DNA from: Camelus dromedarius
Lineage: Eukaryota
Assembly: GCF_036321535.1 (NCBI RefSeq)
Contig: NC_087436.1
Coordinates: forward strand, 54,314,001 to 54,378,000
Length of the DNA: 64,000 bases
Direction of reading: 5' to 3'
The first letter of the stretch is position 1, and each line of letters starts with the position of its first letter. The translations under genes and the position numbers were made by a program. The notes below the pieces were generated by a model. The model saw only the letters and a program-made list of their open reading frames with translations. It was not told the origin of the DNA and searched no databases. Shown here one piece after another: positions 50,161-62,530 of the stretch.

Positions 50161-51149
50161 GATAATACAATTTCTGTAGCTGTGGACCTCGGGAAACCTG
50201 GCTACTTAGGAAAATCTGGCACATTTGATTAAAGGCTGGTGTTAATGAGCCCCAAATCACCAGCTAAATTCCTTTGAAGTTCATTTTCTTTATGTAGGTG
50301 AAAATTCAGTTCTTTGAACACAATAGATCCTACTTTTGCTTTCCCTAAACTTTCTCTAGATACAAACAATTGACTTACAAGGGAGAGTGGGCTGGAGTCT
50401 GGGGAATGCAATGTAAATCATCACTTTTTGAAATCTAGCAAAAAAATATACCATACTATAAATGAGTTTATGATACTTGTATCCAAGTGAACCATCATAG
50501 GGTCAAGCAGTGTGGAGCACCACACAGCAGCATAGAATCTATTTATAAATGTATATTAAAATGCAAACTTGGAATCTTTCATTCACTAAGAATCTCAATT
50601 CCCTAATGTCTTGGTTTACTTTGTCACTTTAATTTCTATGCTGTACAGATAAAAATTGCAATCTTACTTTCCAAAGTTTAGGTTGAAAACATCGTCTGTA
50701 ATCCCAGTTACTTGCTACTATCTGTCAGGAGTGTCAGAAAGAGAATTTGATTTAATCTAAAGACTGTTTACATAGCACCCTGCATTCAAGTGAGACTCGC
50801 ATCTTTGAGGACCTCCAGTTATCAATCCTTTTTGTGTATTTTTGTAATTATCTGTCCCAGACCAGTTTCAGTGGAACACTTTATACACCTAGTCAGAAAA
50901 ACTGTGAGATATAGAGATAAGGAAACAAAAATGGATCTCTTCCTTCTTTGGCTTGCATCTTAAGAATTCTGTATAAACTGGATGTTTTGTCAAAGTTTTC
51001 AGAATAGCTTATTTAACCAAACTACTTGGATGATGTTTCTATTTTATTTATTTGTTTTTGTTTTGGCAGAGAATTTTCAGTTTTCCAAGAGAAAAGGGAA
51101 TTTTAAGGGAAATTAAGTTTTTTCCCCTGTAACTGCTTATATTTGTTAA

Positions 51150-51345
51150 TCAGTTCATTTATTTACCCTATAAATGCATTGAACATTTTGTTCCTAATGT
51201 GTTGCTAGATGCTGGACTATGATGATGAGCAAAAGTAGACAAGATCCCTGCCTACGTGGATTTTACACTCTAGTGGGAATAGCAGAAACTAAATGAATAT
51301 TCAGAGAAACAAATGTAGGGTCATAAGTTACTGTAAAGACTGACA
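51150..51345 (-). mobile_element. L2 3' end
   Basis: GTGTTGCTAGATGCTGG...CAAGATCCCTGCCTACGTGGATTTTACACTCTAGTGGG. Confidence 0.65.
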
Positions 51346-51876
51346 ATGATTTAAAACAGTATTTTTTCCCTTTTTAAACTTTCCATATAAGGCTGACTTT
51401 GATGGTTAGAGTTCTGTCTTATTGTCTTAAAGTAGGCTTTCATTTCTCTAGTGACCTTGAAATTTTACATATTTGGAGGTAAGAAGAAGGGAAATTTGGA
51501 TGGAATGAGTTAGGAAAAAATAGCTTGCTGTTATTGCAGTCCAGTGTCATAGATTGGCTAACATTTTACACATTAATCTTTATTAGTAGGAGTTTAAAAG
51601 AGAAATCCATCAGGGAATTACAAGTTAAAAATCCTTTCAGAAACTTTGTAAAAATTTTGATCCATTCACCAGAAAACTGTGAGACTTAGGTTTAGTTTTA
51701 CATAATAATTCTTAAATAATTATCCATATTTTAAGAATTTGAAAATTAATAATGTGCTGGTATAGAATGTGCAGTAAATGAAAGAGTATAATACTTATAA
51801 AATGATTTTCCCTAAGTTAATGGAATCTGGTCTTGAAATAATTTTTTAATATTTGGCTTTGGAAATTTTTGTTTTT

Positions 51877-52835
51877 CTTCATTTTCATATTCTTTTTCAT
51901 TACAGGTTACTATACGATATTGAATATAGTTCCCTGTGCTATACAGTACAAACTTGTTATTTATCTATTTTATGTATCGGTTAATCTTGAACTCCCAATT
52001 TATCCCTTCCCACTCTCTTCCCCTCTGGTAACCATAGTTTATTTTCTATGTCTGTGAGTCCATTTCTGTTTTGTAAATAAGTTCATTTGTCTTTTTATTT
52101 TTTTTAGATTCCACATATAAGTGATATCAAATGGTATTTTTCTTTCTCTTTCTGGCTTACTTCATTTAGAATGACAATCTACAGGGCCATCCATGTTGCT
52201 ACAAATGACATTATTTTATTCTTTTTTATGACTGAGTAGTATTCCACTATATAAATATACCACAGCTTCTTTATCCAGTTAGCTGTTGATGGACATTTAG
52301 GTTCCTCCCATGTCTTGGCTATTGTAAATAGTGCTGCTATGAACATTGGAGTGCCTATATCTTTTTGAATTAGAGTTCCCTCCAAATATGTGCCCCTGAG
52401 TGGGATTGCTAGATCATAGAGTAAGTCTATTTTTAGTGTTTTGAGGAATCTCCATACTGTTTTCCATAACAGCTGCACCAATGAAATTGCTGCCAGAGTG
52501 CAGGAGGGCTCCCTTTTCTCCCCACCCTCTCAAGCATTTATCATTTGTGGACTTTTTAATAATGGCCGTTCTGACTGGTGTGAGGTGATACCTCATTGTA
52601 GTTTCGATTTGCATTTCTCTGATAATTAGCGATATTGAGCATTTTTTATGTGCCTATTGGCCATTTGGATGTCTTCACTGGAGAATTGTTTAAGTCTTCT
52701 GCCCATTTTTGGATTGAGTTGTTTGTTTTTTTTCTTATTAAGTTGTATGAGCTGTTTGTCTATTCTAGAAATTAAGCCCTTATCAGTCTCATCTTTTGCA
52801 AATATTTTCTCCCATTCTGCAGGTTTTCCTTTTGT
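51877..52835 (-). mobile_element. Young L1 lacking its extreme 3' end and tail
   Basis: ORF2 C-terminal translations at 52179-52614; near-identical family to 9322-10527. Confidence 0.93.
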
Positions 52836-53249
52836 GAAAATTTTTATGTTTTAGTTGATGAAACATCTGTTTATTGTGAATGGTATACGAGTTATATCTG
52901 TTCAGTGTATTTTAATTAGCATGGGAATTAATATAATTGATAAATAATTGATATATTTTAGTTTTAGATGTGGCACATTTTATTTGAATTTTATAACCAA
53001 AATAGCTAAGAAGCTAGACATGCCTCTTAGCTCTTTTAATTCTCTCAGTTACCTGAGGTATCATTTTCTCCATTTATTAACGACATACGAAGAAAATAGT
53101 CACATAGCTAGTAACTAGCAGTGTCAAGATTAGAACCAAGGTCTATCTTAACTACAAAGTCAGTGATTTTTTTTCTCTATAAACCATACTGTAATCATCT
53201 GTTTTTGATGTTTATGTTAGAAAAGAAAAAAGGTTTAAACTCAATGGAG

Positions 53250-53822
53250 CAAAAAACAGACAATAATGAAATGAACACTCATTAAAAACATACAGGGGAT
53301 ATAGTGATAAAACCTAACCTTATTTTTACATATGAACAATAAAAATTTTTAAATTGAATTAAAAAAAAACTATATGACATCAGAAATGAAAAAATGTACG
53401 TCTTATATTATTTTCCACACACTAAAAGGATAATAATATTGTGAAAAATTTTGTACCAAAGAATTTGACAGCTTAGATAAAATGGACAAATTTTTTGAAA
53501 GGCATAAATTAACAAAACTGCCTTAAGAGACATAGAAAATCTGACTAGTTCAATTCTATATTTCCTAAAGAAATTGAATTCTTAAAGCAAAACTTTCTGA
53601 CAAGAATATATCAGGCACAAATATTTAAGCAACAAAAAATACTGATCCTGCAGAAACTTTTCTAGAAAATAGAAAAGATGGGAATATTACTTATTTTTTA
53701 AATGATATCCAGCACACTGGTTAACAAAAGCATGCAGGTATATTCCAGTAAGAAAACTACAAATCAGTATTCCTTATGAACACAGACACAAAAATCCTTA
53801 GCAAAATATGATCAAATTGAAC
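53250..53822 (+). mobile_element. Old L1 ORF2 fragment
   Basis: TTAGATAAAATGGACAAATT...AGAAAACTACAAATCAGTATTCCTTATGAACACAGACACAAAAATCCTTAGCAAAAT. Confidence 0.8.
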
Positions 53823-53982
53823 TTTGCTGGATGCTTGTTTTACTGTCTTTATAATGACTAGCCTATTGAATTTTCTCTTTCCAACTCTAAGCAGCTAATC
53901 AAGATACTGTTCTCATCTAAAGCAGTTCTCTTGCTAAGAGAAGTCTGGTGCCAGATGGGGAAAAAGATTTGTTGTTGTAGTT

Positions 53983-54029
53983 GTGTGTGTGTGTGTGTGT
54001 GTGCGCGCACGCGTGTGTGTGTGTGTGTG
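53983..54029. repeat. (TG)n(CG)n(TG)n microsatellite
   Basis: Seen directly. Confidence 0.95.
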
Positions 54030-55534
54030 TTTTAACCCTGATACTTTTACTCTGCTTTAACCCTTCTGCCATTTTCTCCTTCACATTCATCTTCTGTCAT
54101 AACCACCCTAACACCTGAACACAAAGTTTTTAAAAAGAGATCCATTCTCTTATTCCAGTCATCAGCTTCTTCATTTGTATGGAAACAAACCTATATAAAA
54201 TTATATTTATTACAAATTATAGTATAACTTGAAATGGAAAATGCTTGGAAACATTTATAGAATGACTTAAAATCATTTTTTTCATGTTAATAAGAGTAAT
54301 CTGTGGTAATACACTTTAAGGAGAAATCCTCTCATAGAAAGACTGTTTATCAAATGATGCTCTCATGTATTACATTTTTATATTATAATAAGCAAGTGAC
54401 TTGGAATTGCCTTTCACAATACCTTCTGTCTAAGATACTATGTATTTCTAGATGAACAATTTTTAAATGTATGCCAAGCTTTGTTTTTATCTAACTTCCA
54501 TTAATTAAAAAACTTACTGGAAAACTATTATGATTTAGCACAACAATTATAATCTACTTAAAAGACTAGTAAAATTACACTGCTTGTATTCTAAAAGATA
54601 GGTATTTTTTGTTCTTTAGGCAAGTTATAGCAAATAAGAACTTTGTAGTGTCTGTATTTTTTACATGCAAAATACTTTCTTTTATCTTTGATCGCAAAGT
54701 TCAAAAGCATCTCAGGCAGAGTTCATTAAAAAACATTTTTATAGATGATTGTCCTTTTGAAGTAATGTAGAAAGATTAAATTAGAATAAATTTTGTCAGA
54801 ATTTATAGGTTGAATTCACATAAGACTTCTCACCCATTTCCCTTTTGTTGTTTAGCAATGCTGTTTATGGTTTTGAAAAATAACATATAAATCTCTATCA
54901 TAATGTTATCTTACATTTTAGTAGTTCTTCTGCTTGCATGAAGTAACATAATAAGGAGCACAATTTCTGTATCTTGTGTATCTGTCTCTGCTCTTTATTA
55001 AGATTAATATTGTAAATATCACCACTGAGCTATCTCAGTTGTTTTCTGTGGTACAGAGTAAAGTTCAACTTATAAAGCATCTAAGGGAAGAAAGTTAATT
55101 ATTCATATTTGGAAAACAGTCTTCTAATGAGCTACTGATTAAAAAAAAGTTGGCGGTATGCATTCCCTTAAATGTGTTATTCAATACATTTATAGAATTA
55201 GGTCATGTTATGGTACAATCTTGCTAAGGCCCATATATATTACTGGGATTAAAGTTATAAACAGGGATTGAGTGGAATGAACTATTGGAAAATTTCCTTT
55301 CATGAGCACTTTATGGTAGTTAAGAATGTAACTGGCAAACTGTTAAATCAGAAGTTGTATTTGATAGGCATCTAGGTCATAATTGATGGAATGCCTTGTC
55401 ATCATGAAGAATTGAACAAATTGCTTTTATCAGTCTTAGTCATCTTTGATCAAAGTGAAAAAAAACAAGATGACTCATGTGAATTTTATCTTTGCAGGAT
55501 AAAGGCTTAAAGCCCATCTTTAAATTATATTTCA

Positions 55535-55710
55535 TGGAATTGTAGAATCCCAAAGGTAGACAGGACTGTGTATATCATCTGATCTAATCTCCATTTACAA
55601 ATCAGGAATGTGAGAGTCCAAGGGTTAAGGGATGTTCTAACTGTACATAGCTTGTGAGAAGAGCCAAGTGTTCCAGTGTTTAGTCTAATGGTCTTTCTCC
55701 CTGACTATAG
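55535..55710 (-). mobile_element. MIR
   Basis: TAGAATCCCAAAGGTAGA...ATCATCTGATCTAATCTCCATTTACAAAT...GGGTTAAGGGA. Confidence 0.65.
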
Positions 55711-58149
55711 ACTTTATAAGGGAAAAATTTTGTATCTAGATAGATAGATGGATGGATAGATAGATTCCCTCATTTCTCAGCAGCTACATTATAGATATGA
55801 GTGTAGATAAAAACAACGTAACAGGATATATGATCATTCTTTTTGTAGTTTAAGGAAATATAGTTCAGTATATCCATAAAACAATTAACAAGGATTCATT
55901 CATAGATTATTTAACTCATTGTATAGTTCTCTTTAATCATTGCCAATTGATTATATAAGTCTAAATTATTTGAACTAGAAAAAATATTTTCAGTTTTTTC
56001 CTGAATAATATAATAACATTAAATAATATGAATCATTGAATAAGGCAAGAAGAAATTCCACAGTCAAGATTCTGCTTATTCTTACTGATTCAATATAGAG
56101 CTACACTTAAACTATCTGTAATTGTTTTGTTTCAGAGATAATTCACATTGAGAAATGATAAATGAAAATTTTCTTGGCAGTGTATCTCAGTGTCTTAATT
56201 TCTCTAGTGATATTTTCCCATATGCAGCATCACAATATCATTAGTGCAAGATGAACATCATTATTTAAATCTCTACTAGTGAAGTGTTATCATACATAAT
56301 TGGCAGAGGCAATTTAAAAGTGAATCAAGAAAATTTGGTTCAAAAATAGTAGCAGCTACTCCTTTAGCAAAAAAAAAAAAAAAAAGAAAAAAAAAAAGTC
56401 TGACACATAGAAAATCACCCAAATTATGGAGCTATTCTATTACGTTAGTTCTAATTTTATGCAATTAAATTTTAATTTTACAAATGAGAATAGACCATAG
56501 ATAAAGAATTTAATTTCATCATTGGTTGATGGATTCTAAAATCAGAAAATTAATACACAGTAATTTGATACCTTAGGTTGGTAATCTACCAGAGGCATAA
56601 TATGAGAAAGAAAGGAGAATGATTAATCCACTGTGAGTAACAACTGAAGGGAGATCATTTTTATCCTAGGTAAAGCAAGTATTAGGGCAAATAGTGTTGA
56701 AATAATGAAAGGTAGAGAAGTTACTGATTGTATCTTTTTAGTCAACAAAAAGATAGGGGTCTACAATAATTTTTTATATTTATAAAACCAACCAATGAGT
56801 AGCTCTGTAGCAGAAAGAGAAAACCAAACTTATCATTGATTTTGCAACCTTTTCTCTGGCTCCCTAGAGCTAATTGCACCTGGTTTAGCAACATGGCTGG
56901 AAAGATCTTGTGTGGGACTAGGAAACCACCTTGCTTTATTCACAGAACAGAGTCCATCTGGGAGACCTCTGATGGGAATTGGAATTTTTTTTTAACTTTT
57001 TGTTGTTGTTGTTGTCTAGGAGACCTGATTAAATTGCCCCGTGACCCCATTTTTAAGTCATGAATAGGACCGTCAGTTTGACCTAATAGAAGGGGACTAT
57101 TTCATGGTATAATTTTGGCTAAAAATTGACAGGAAGAAAAACTGACAAACTTGTATAGGTAGTTGTTATTACAACTTAACTATAAACTGAAAGGTCAACA
57201 GCATTTCCCCCATAACTATATGGGAACATCTATTTCTGCATTTTTGTTGAGTATTCTTGGATCAGTTTTCTAGTGTAAAGTGATCATCCTCTAACCGTCA
57301 TTTACTGAGCTCATGTGTAATGATGGTGATTAAGCATAATGACTGAACTTTATTTTTGTGTAGCATTTGATAGTTCTCAGAGCACTGAAAAAAGAACCTT
57401 TTAGTTCTTAAAATAATCTTATGATGTAGGCTGCATAGATTGACTTTATTATTCTGCTATTCCTAAACTTAATCAATGGAAGAACCAGCACAAAATTCTA
57501 GACCTTTAGCATGTACTTCAGTGCTTTTTTAAGTCTCACAGTGTTGCCTCTCCAAACCCCATTACACTGAAAAATAACAATAATAATAAAGAACATTCTT
57601 TGTCTTTTGGAGATATTTCAGAGAGAATCTTTCTATGTTTGATTGATCTACTTAAATTTCATTAAAACAATAGATATTAAAGGATTTAATGCTTTTAAAA
57701 ATACTCTTCTTCACTGGAGGGAATGTTCTTCTGTCCGCATTTCTATTGAAATCTCACCCATCATTCCAGTAACATATTAAATATCACTTCCTCCACACTC
57801 TTGGCAGATCTCAACTTTGTTCTCTTTAATCCTCTCTCTAAACCATTCAGTCCCCTTATAATATTTTGCTTAAAGTTCAGCCCCTTTACAGTGCTAGGGT
57901 TAAAGAAAATTTACTAGTAACAGAATTAAGATTAATGTGAGTAGAAAATAAGGGAAACTATGCATATCTTAAAGTGGTAATAATTAGTACTGATTCCTTT
58001 ACCATACTGTGTTCACTAGTAATAATAAAGATTCTTCCTTCCCTGAGTTTTAGTGAGACTTTGAGAATTCATTTTGCTTTGTTTTAGATAATACAGATAT
58101 CAAGGGCCATTTTATTCTTCTGGTCCTCCAACCAACTGTTTAGAGTCAT

Positions 58150-58285
58150 TGTGATTTTACTGTTCTCATGTATCCACTAGAATGTGAATTCCCTGAAGGC
58201 ATGGATTATATCTCTCTTCTTGGCCATTATATGCTCAGTAACTTAGTGTAGTTCGTGATATATGGTAGACAAACAAATAAATGAT
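58150..58285 (+). mobile_element. L2 3' end
   Basis: CCACTAGAATGTGAATTCCCTGAAGGCATGGATT...CAAATAAATG. Confidence 0.7.
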
Positions 58286-59688
58286 TGTCTTTTGTTTTTA
58301 CCCTATTCTCTTCACCTTTATCCCTCAGTCAATTCTTTTTACATTGAAGTGCCATTCTCCCAGGACCCTATTTACTTGACTTCATCTTTTTTTGTTGGTC
58401 ACAGTAACTCTACTTTTTCTCTATCATATGCTTTATATCCTTTTCTATTTACCAAACCTTTCTATTATAGGAAGATGATATATAGGATGGACCAGTTACA
58501 TTTCAATATTCCTTAAAATCTGATTTTATTCAAAGCAGTAATGTACCAGATAAAAGGCTATAAGCCTAGTAGTTCTTTGCAGCTAACATGTCAGCATTGT
58601 CTCAGTTTGGACATCATTGTGTGGGACATCTGGGACAACTGCTTAAAGTGGAGACTGGCAGAAGATGCTCTTTGCTCCTTCCACTTCATCTTCTTTTTTT
58701 TCCCACACCTGGAGCTCTAGTAGCCATTTTTCTCCCTAGAGCTCCATGTGACTTTGAGGTTAAAAGATATGTTCCATGTATGCTGGGAGAGGAAGATGGA
58801 ATGGAACTGGGCTCCTCACTAGTGCTGAGCCAACACTCATTATAGACTGCTGATTTCTATATTTTGTGAGAAAAAAAGAAATCTCATTTCTCTTTTGAGT
58901 TTTCGGTTATACAAGTGTATACTTGAATGTAATCCTGTTAGAGTGAGCAAGGTAACTCCAACAGAATGTTGAGGGGACCAATAAGATAATGGGCAATAGC
59001 AGACACCCTGATTTGGATCCTACCCTTCACTGTGACCCTGATCATTTTCAGCAAAAATACAACCATGAGTGATTGTTGTGAGTGAATTTCTTTTGGAAGC
59101 CATTAAATAGTAGAATTGCATTGTACTGAAAAGGTGTATTTGTTGGTTAGGTTTGAAGAGGAGTAACGACTGTGAGGAAAATTAAATGAAACTGAAAATT
59201 AAATGAAAATTAAATGAACTGAAAGAGAGTCATAAGGGATTAAGTCCTAGAATTTACAGAGATGGTACGAAGCTCCTATATCCTAGATACTGTAAAATAT
59301 GTTTTTATACCAAAATTACTTCAAACTCAAAAAGGTAAGAAGACCAGAAAATGATTTGAGGAGAATAGAAATTACACCAAGAGTAGGTTACAATTACCAT
59401 TTCATTTGTAATGAAATAAAAATCTTAACTGCTGAGAAGTGCTATAAAAGTAAGCATATTTTGATAGAAGATTGTATAAATAAAAGACTAAGTTGCTTTA
59501 AAGGGGAAGGAAATGATCTTTGAAGTTTCACTGTGTTAGTTATTCTAGTCTTTTTGGCATTCTTGTTAGTATTGTTTGTGCCTTTCTTTTCCTCAATTGG
59601 TTGTGAGAAATTTGAGGGTGGGTCATTGTACTGTATTATTCTTTCTTGCATTTCCTGCATCAACTTGCAGTGGTTAGTATTTAACATA

Positions 59689-60209
59689 TGTTATGGGCAC
59701 ACAACAAGGTGTTGGTGACACCCGGCTTGGTTAAGAATTACCAGAGACTGAAAAAAACATTAGGAAAGTTTAATAGGTGCGCCACTATAGCCAACAGCGG
59801 GCCACACAGGAAGGAGGTACCCGTGTGAGCACCTGGGATGGGTGTGCAGGGTCTTTTACTGGGAGGAGGAAGCCGTGAACACAGGGGGCTGCATGATCAA
59901 TTCATGCACAAGTACCTGATTGGTTGTAAGATCTGTCAGGGACTTCTCTGAATAATAGGTTTTATGACTTTGATAATGGCAGGATGTGAGGTCTGTCTGC
60001 CTAGGGTATTGTGAGATGTGCTATCTCCTGGAGTGATGAGTTTTGTTATGGTAAACACACATAATGAGGAGATGTTTTATATCTTGCAGAAATGCAGGTA
60101 TGTGAAGGGTCCTGCAGTGGGGAGTGGGAGTTAAGGTGTCAATGGGTACCCTGAGAGCCCAGGGGTGGGAGTTTTATGATTCCAGAGAATGCCAGCCGGC
60201 TCCACAACA
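59689..60209 (-). mobile_element. ERV-type solo LTR
   Basis: GC-richer island bounded by inverted termini TGTTATGG...CCACAACA, with a CTGATTGGTT box; TSD not clear. Confidence 0.6.
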
Positions 60210-60966
60210 CCTTTATAAAATTCAATTAGAGGGTTTTTTGGGGGGGGGGCTCTTTCATTGAACTTTTCAAAGAAAAGTATGAATGTATTAATTTTAGAGT
60301 GAAATGTGACTGTTTTTGCTAACATATTTTTAATTCTTTTAAAAGGAGATAACACTTTAAAAATAATTATTCCATGAAATGTGAATTTTTCACATTTAAT
60401 GTTTATAGATGTTGTGAAAGTCATAAATCTAACATTCTGGTAATAAAATATAGACCTTAAAAACTTTTTTGAGTATTGCAATATGAATGACTTAAATATA
60501 AAGGGTGTTTTACTTTCTGAATTAAACTATGTTAAGTGGTAAAATAATAAAATTTTGCTTTGTTGCTTTGTGATAAGTATGAATGTAATAGCATGAATGC
60601 TGAAGACTGTCCTTATCATTGGATAATTTTATCTTTCAAGTTCGTCATTCCTATAGTATGTGAACATTTTTCTTTATGGAATTGACTTTAAATACTGCAG
60701 TGTATGCTTATGAAAATGATATAGTTATTTCATTGTTAGTGTTAGAAATAACATCAACTGCAGTCTTACATAAATGCTTCATTGAAAGTGTAGTCTTCCT
60801 TCAGTCATGGAGTTTTGTACTGTGTTTTGTAAAAAGGAAAATACAAAGCGTTGCTTCTGAAAAGAAATTAAAAGTTAGCTTGAAACTAGGAAATCATAGG
60901 AAAAAAAGGCATATGAAAGAAGTATGTTTTTTGACTATAAAAACAGTGATGATGATATAGTTTCAT

Positions 60967-61419
60967 TGTTACGGAAACGACAGGCCAGTCAAGAAACAAG
61001 CACCACTCGGAGGGTTGGAGTCCTCAGATGTATTACGCCGGCGGGCTCAGAAGGGCTTCTGCTCCAAAGCTCTGAGCACCTTCAAGACGTGCACATGAGG
61101 TTTTATAGGGTAAAGTACAAGCTTGGGGTATTCGGCCAATAGGCATGGAACAGCTTTAGCAGCATTATCATCACAAAAGTGGAGGCGGGGAGGCAGCAAA
61201 CCAACATTCCAAAGCCAGATATGTATCTTTGAAAATCCAGCTGGCTAGCAAAAACACATAAACAGCAAACCAACCCTAATTAATCTAGATTTACAAGTTA
61301 GTCTAGCAGAACTCAGATCAGTATTCCAATACTTAGACTTGTTAGCCCAGCCCAGCCTCTCCTTCACATTCCTAGACTTACGAGTTATCTTGTCAGACCA
61401 GCCCAGTTTTTCCTTCACA
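60967..61419 (-). mobile_element. Young ERV1-class solo LTR (453 bp)
   Basis: TG...CA termini, perfect TCAT TSD (60963-60966 / 61420-61423), retained CpGs, antisense TATAAAA (61101-61107) and a CCAAT box (61136-61140). Confidence 0.92.
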
Positions 61420-61920
61420 TCATTAATGCACAAAACAGATCTTTCTATTTCTCAAAGCCAGCTTAAAATTGTTGCTCTTAATGCAGTCATCTGCTACTTC
61501 ACATAATAACTTAGAGAAAAACTGTCCTTAATGTCCTTAATCTATTAACCCTTGGACCTAAAAATGCTTAATAAATACTTGGTCAATTAATGAATTAATG
61601 AAAGAATTAATGAATAAATTGATTGCCTGTAATATTTTGTTTAAGTATTGATTTTATGGAGTAATATCAAGTCCCGATTTATAGAAGGAAACAAGCACAG
61701 AAAATTTTAATTATGTACCCATGGCAATAATAAATAAACCACTAATAATAATAAATAAATAGTAATAAATGGCAGAGACAGAGGATTTGAATTCAGGCCT
61801 ATCTGTAACTGAAACCCATGCATCACTTTCAACTAAATCATAGTATCTCTCAGAGTTTCTAAAACATATATGAATAGATATAATCAAATGTATGACAATA
61901 TAAGAATATATACATATTTT

Positions 61921-62006
61921 CATGCATGGAGTCTTGAGTTCAATCCCCAGTACCTCCATTAAAAAAAAAAAATAAAAACCCTAATTACCTCCCTCTAAAA
62001 AAATTT
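61921..62006 (+). mobile_element. 5'-truncated Vic-1-like SINE
   Basis: B-box GAGTTCAATCCCCAGTACCTCC, tail with CCTAATTACCTCCC. TSD TAAGAATATATACATATTTT (61901-61920) / TAAGAATATGTACCTATTTT (62007-62026). Confidence 0.88.
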
Positions 62007-62254
62007 TAAGAATATGTACCTATTTTAAGTATACGTGAAACTAAGAATATTTTCTTTGCCCCGTATTTTGTGAGGGTGGGCTCCTTTAGTGGTTAAGTGT
62101 TATAGTGGGTGTATTTTCTTCTACTTAGGGTAACAATTATAGTTTAGAATATCCAAAATTTGCACCTAATAATTACAAACCATCTGATTTTTTTTTCCAG
62201 TTTTATCTTGTAGCAACCTACCCTAGAATTGGGTGGGAACTGTTTATTGCTCCA

Positions 62255-62530
62255 GGGACAGCTAGGGGTTGAGGAGGAGGCTCAGCTGATGTTGGCTGGA
62301 GGTCAGCTGACAATTCGTTGATCTAGACTGGCTGTTGTTGGGGCCAATGGAGCAGTTTAGATGTGCCCCATGTGGCTCTCATTCTCCATCAGGTTAACCT
62401 AGGCATGTTCTATTCTTGGCAAGATTGGAAGAGAGCAAGCTTCATTGTATGCATCCACCCATTTCAAGCTTCTGTTTGCTCTGTGTTTAAAATTTTCATC
62501 GGCATAGCATCTGTATGGGCCTAGAATAAA
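62255..62530 (-). mobile_element. Old MLT1 (H/G-like) LTR fragment
   Basis: GTTGGCTGGAGGTCAGCTG...TGTGGCTCTCATTCTCCATCAGGTTAACCTAGGCATGTTCT. Confidence 0.55.
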
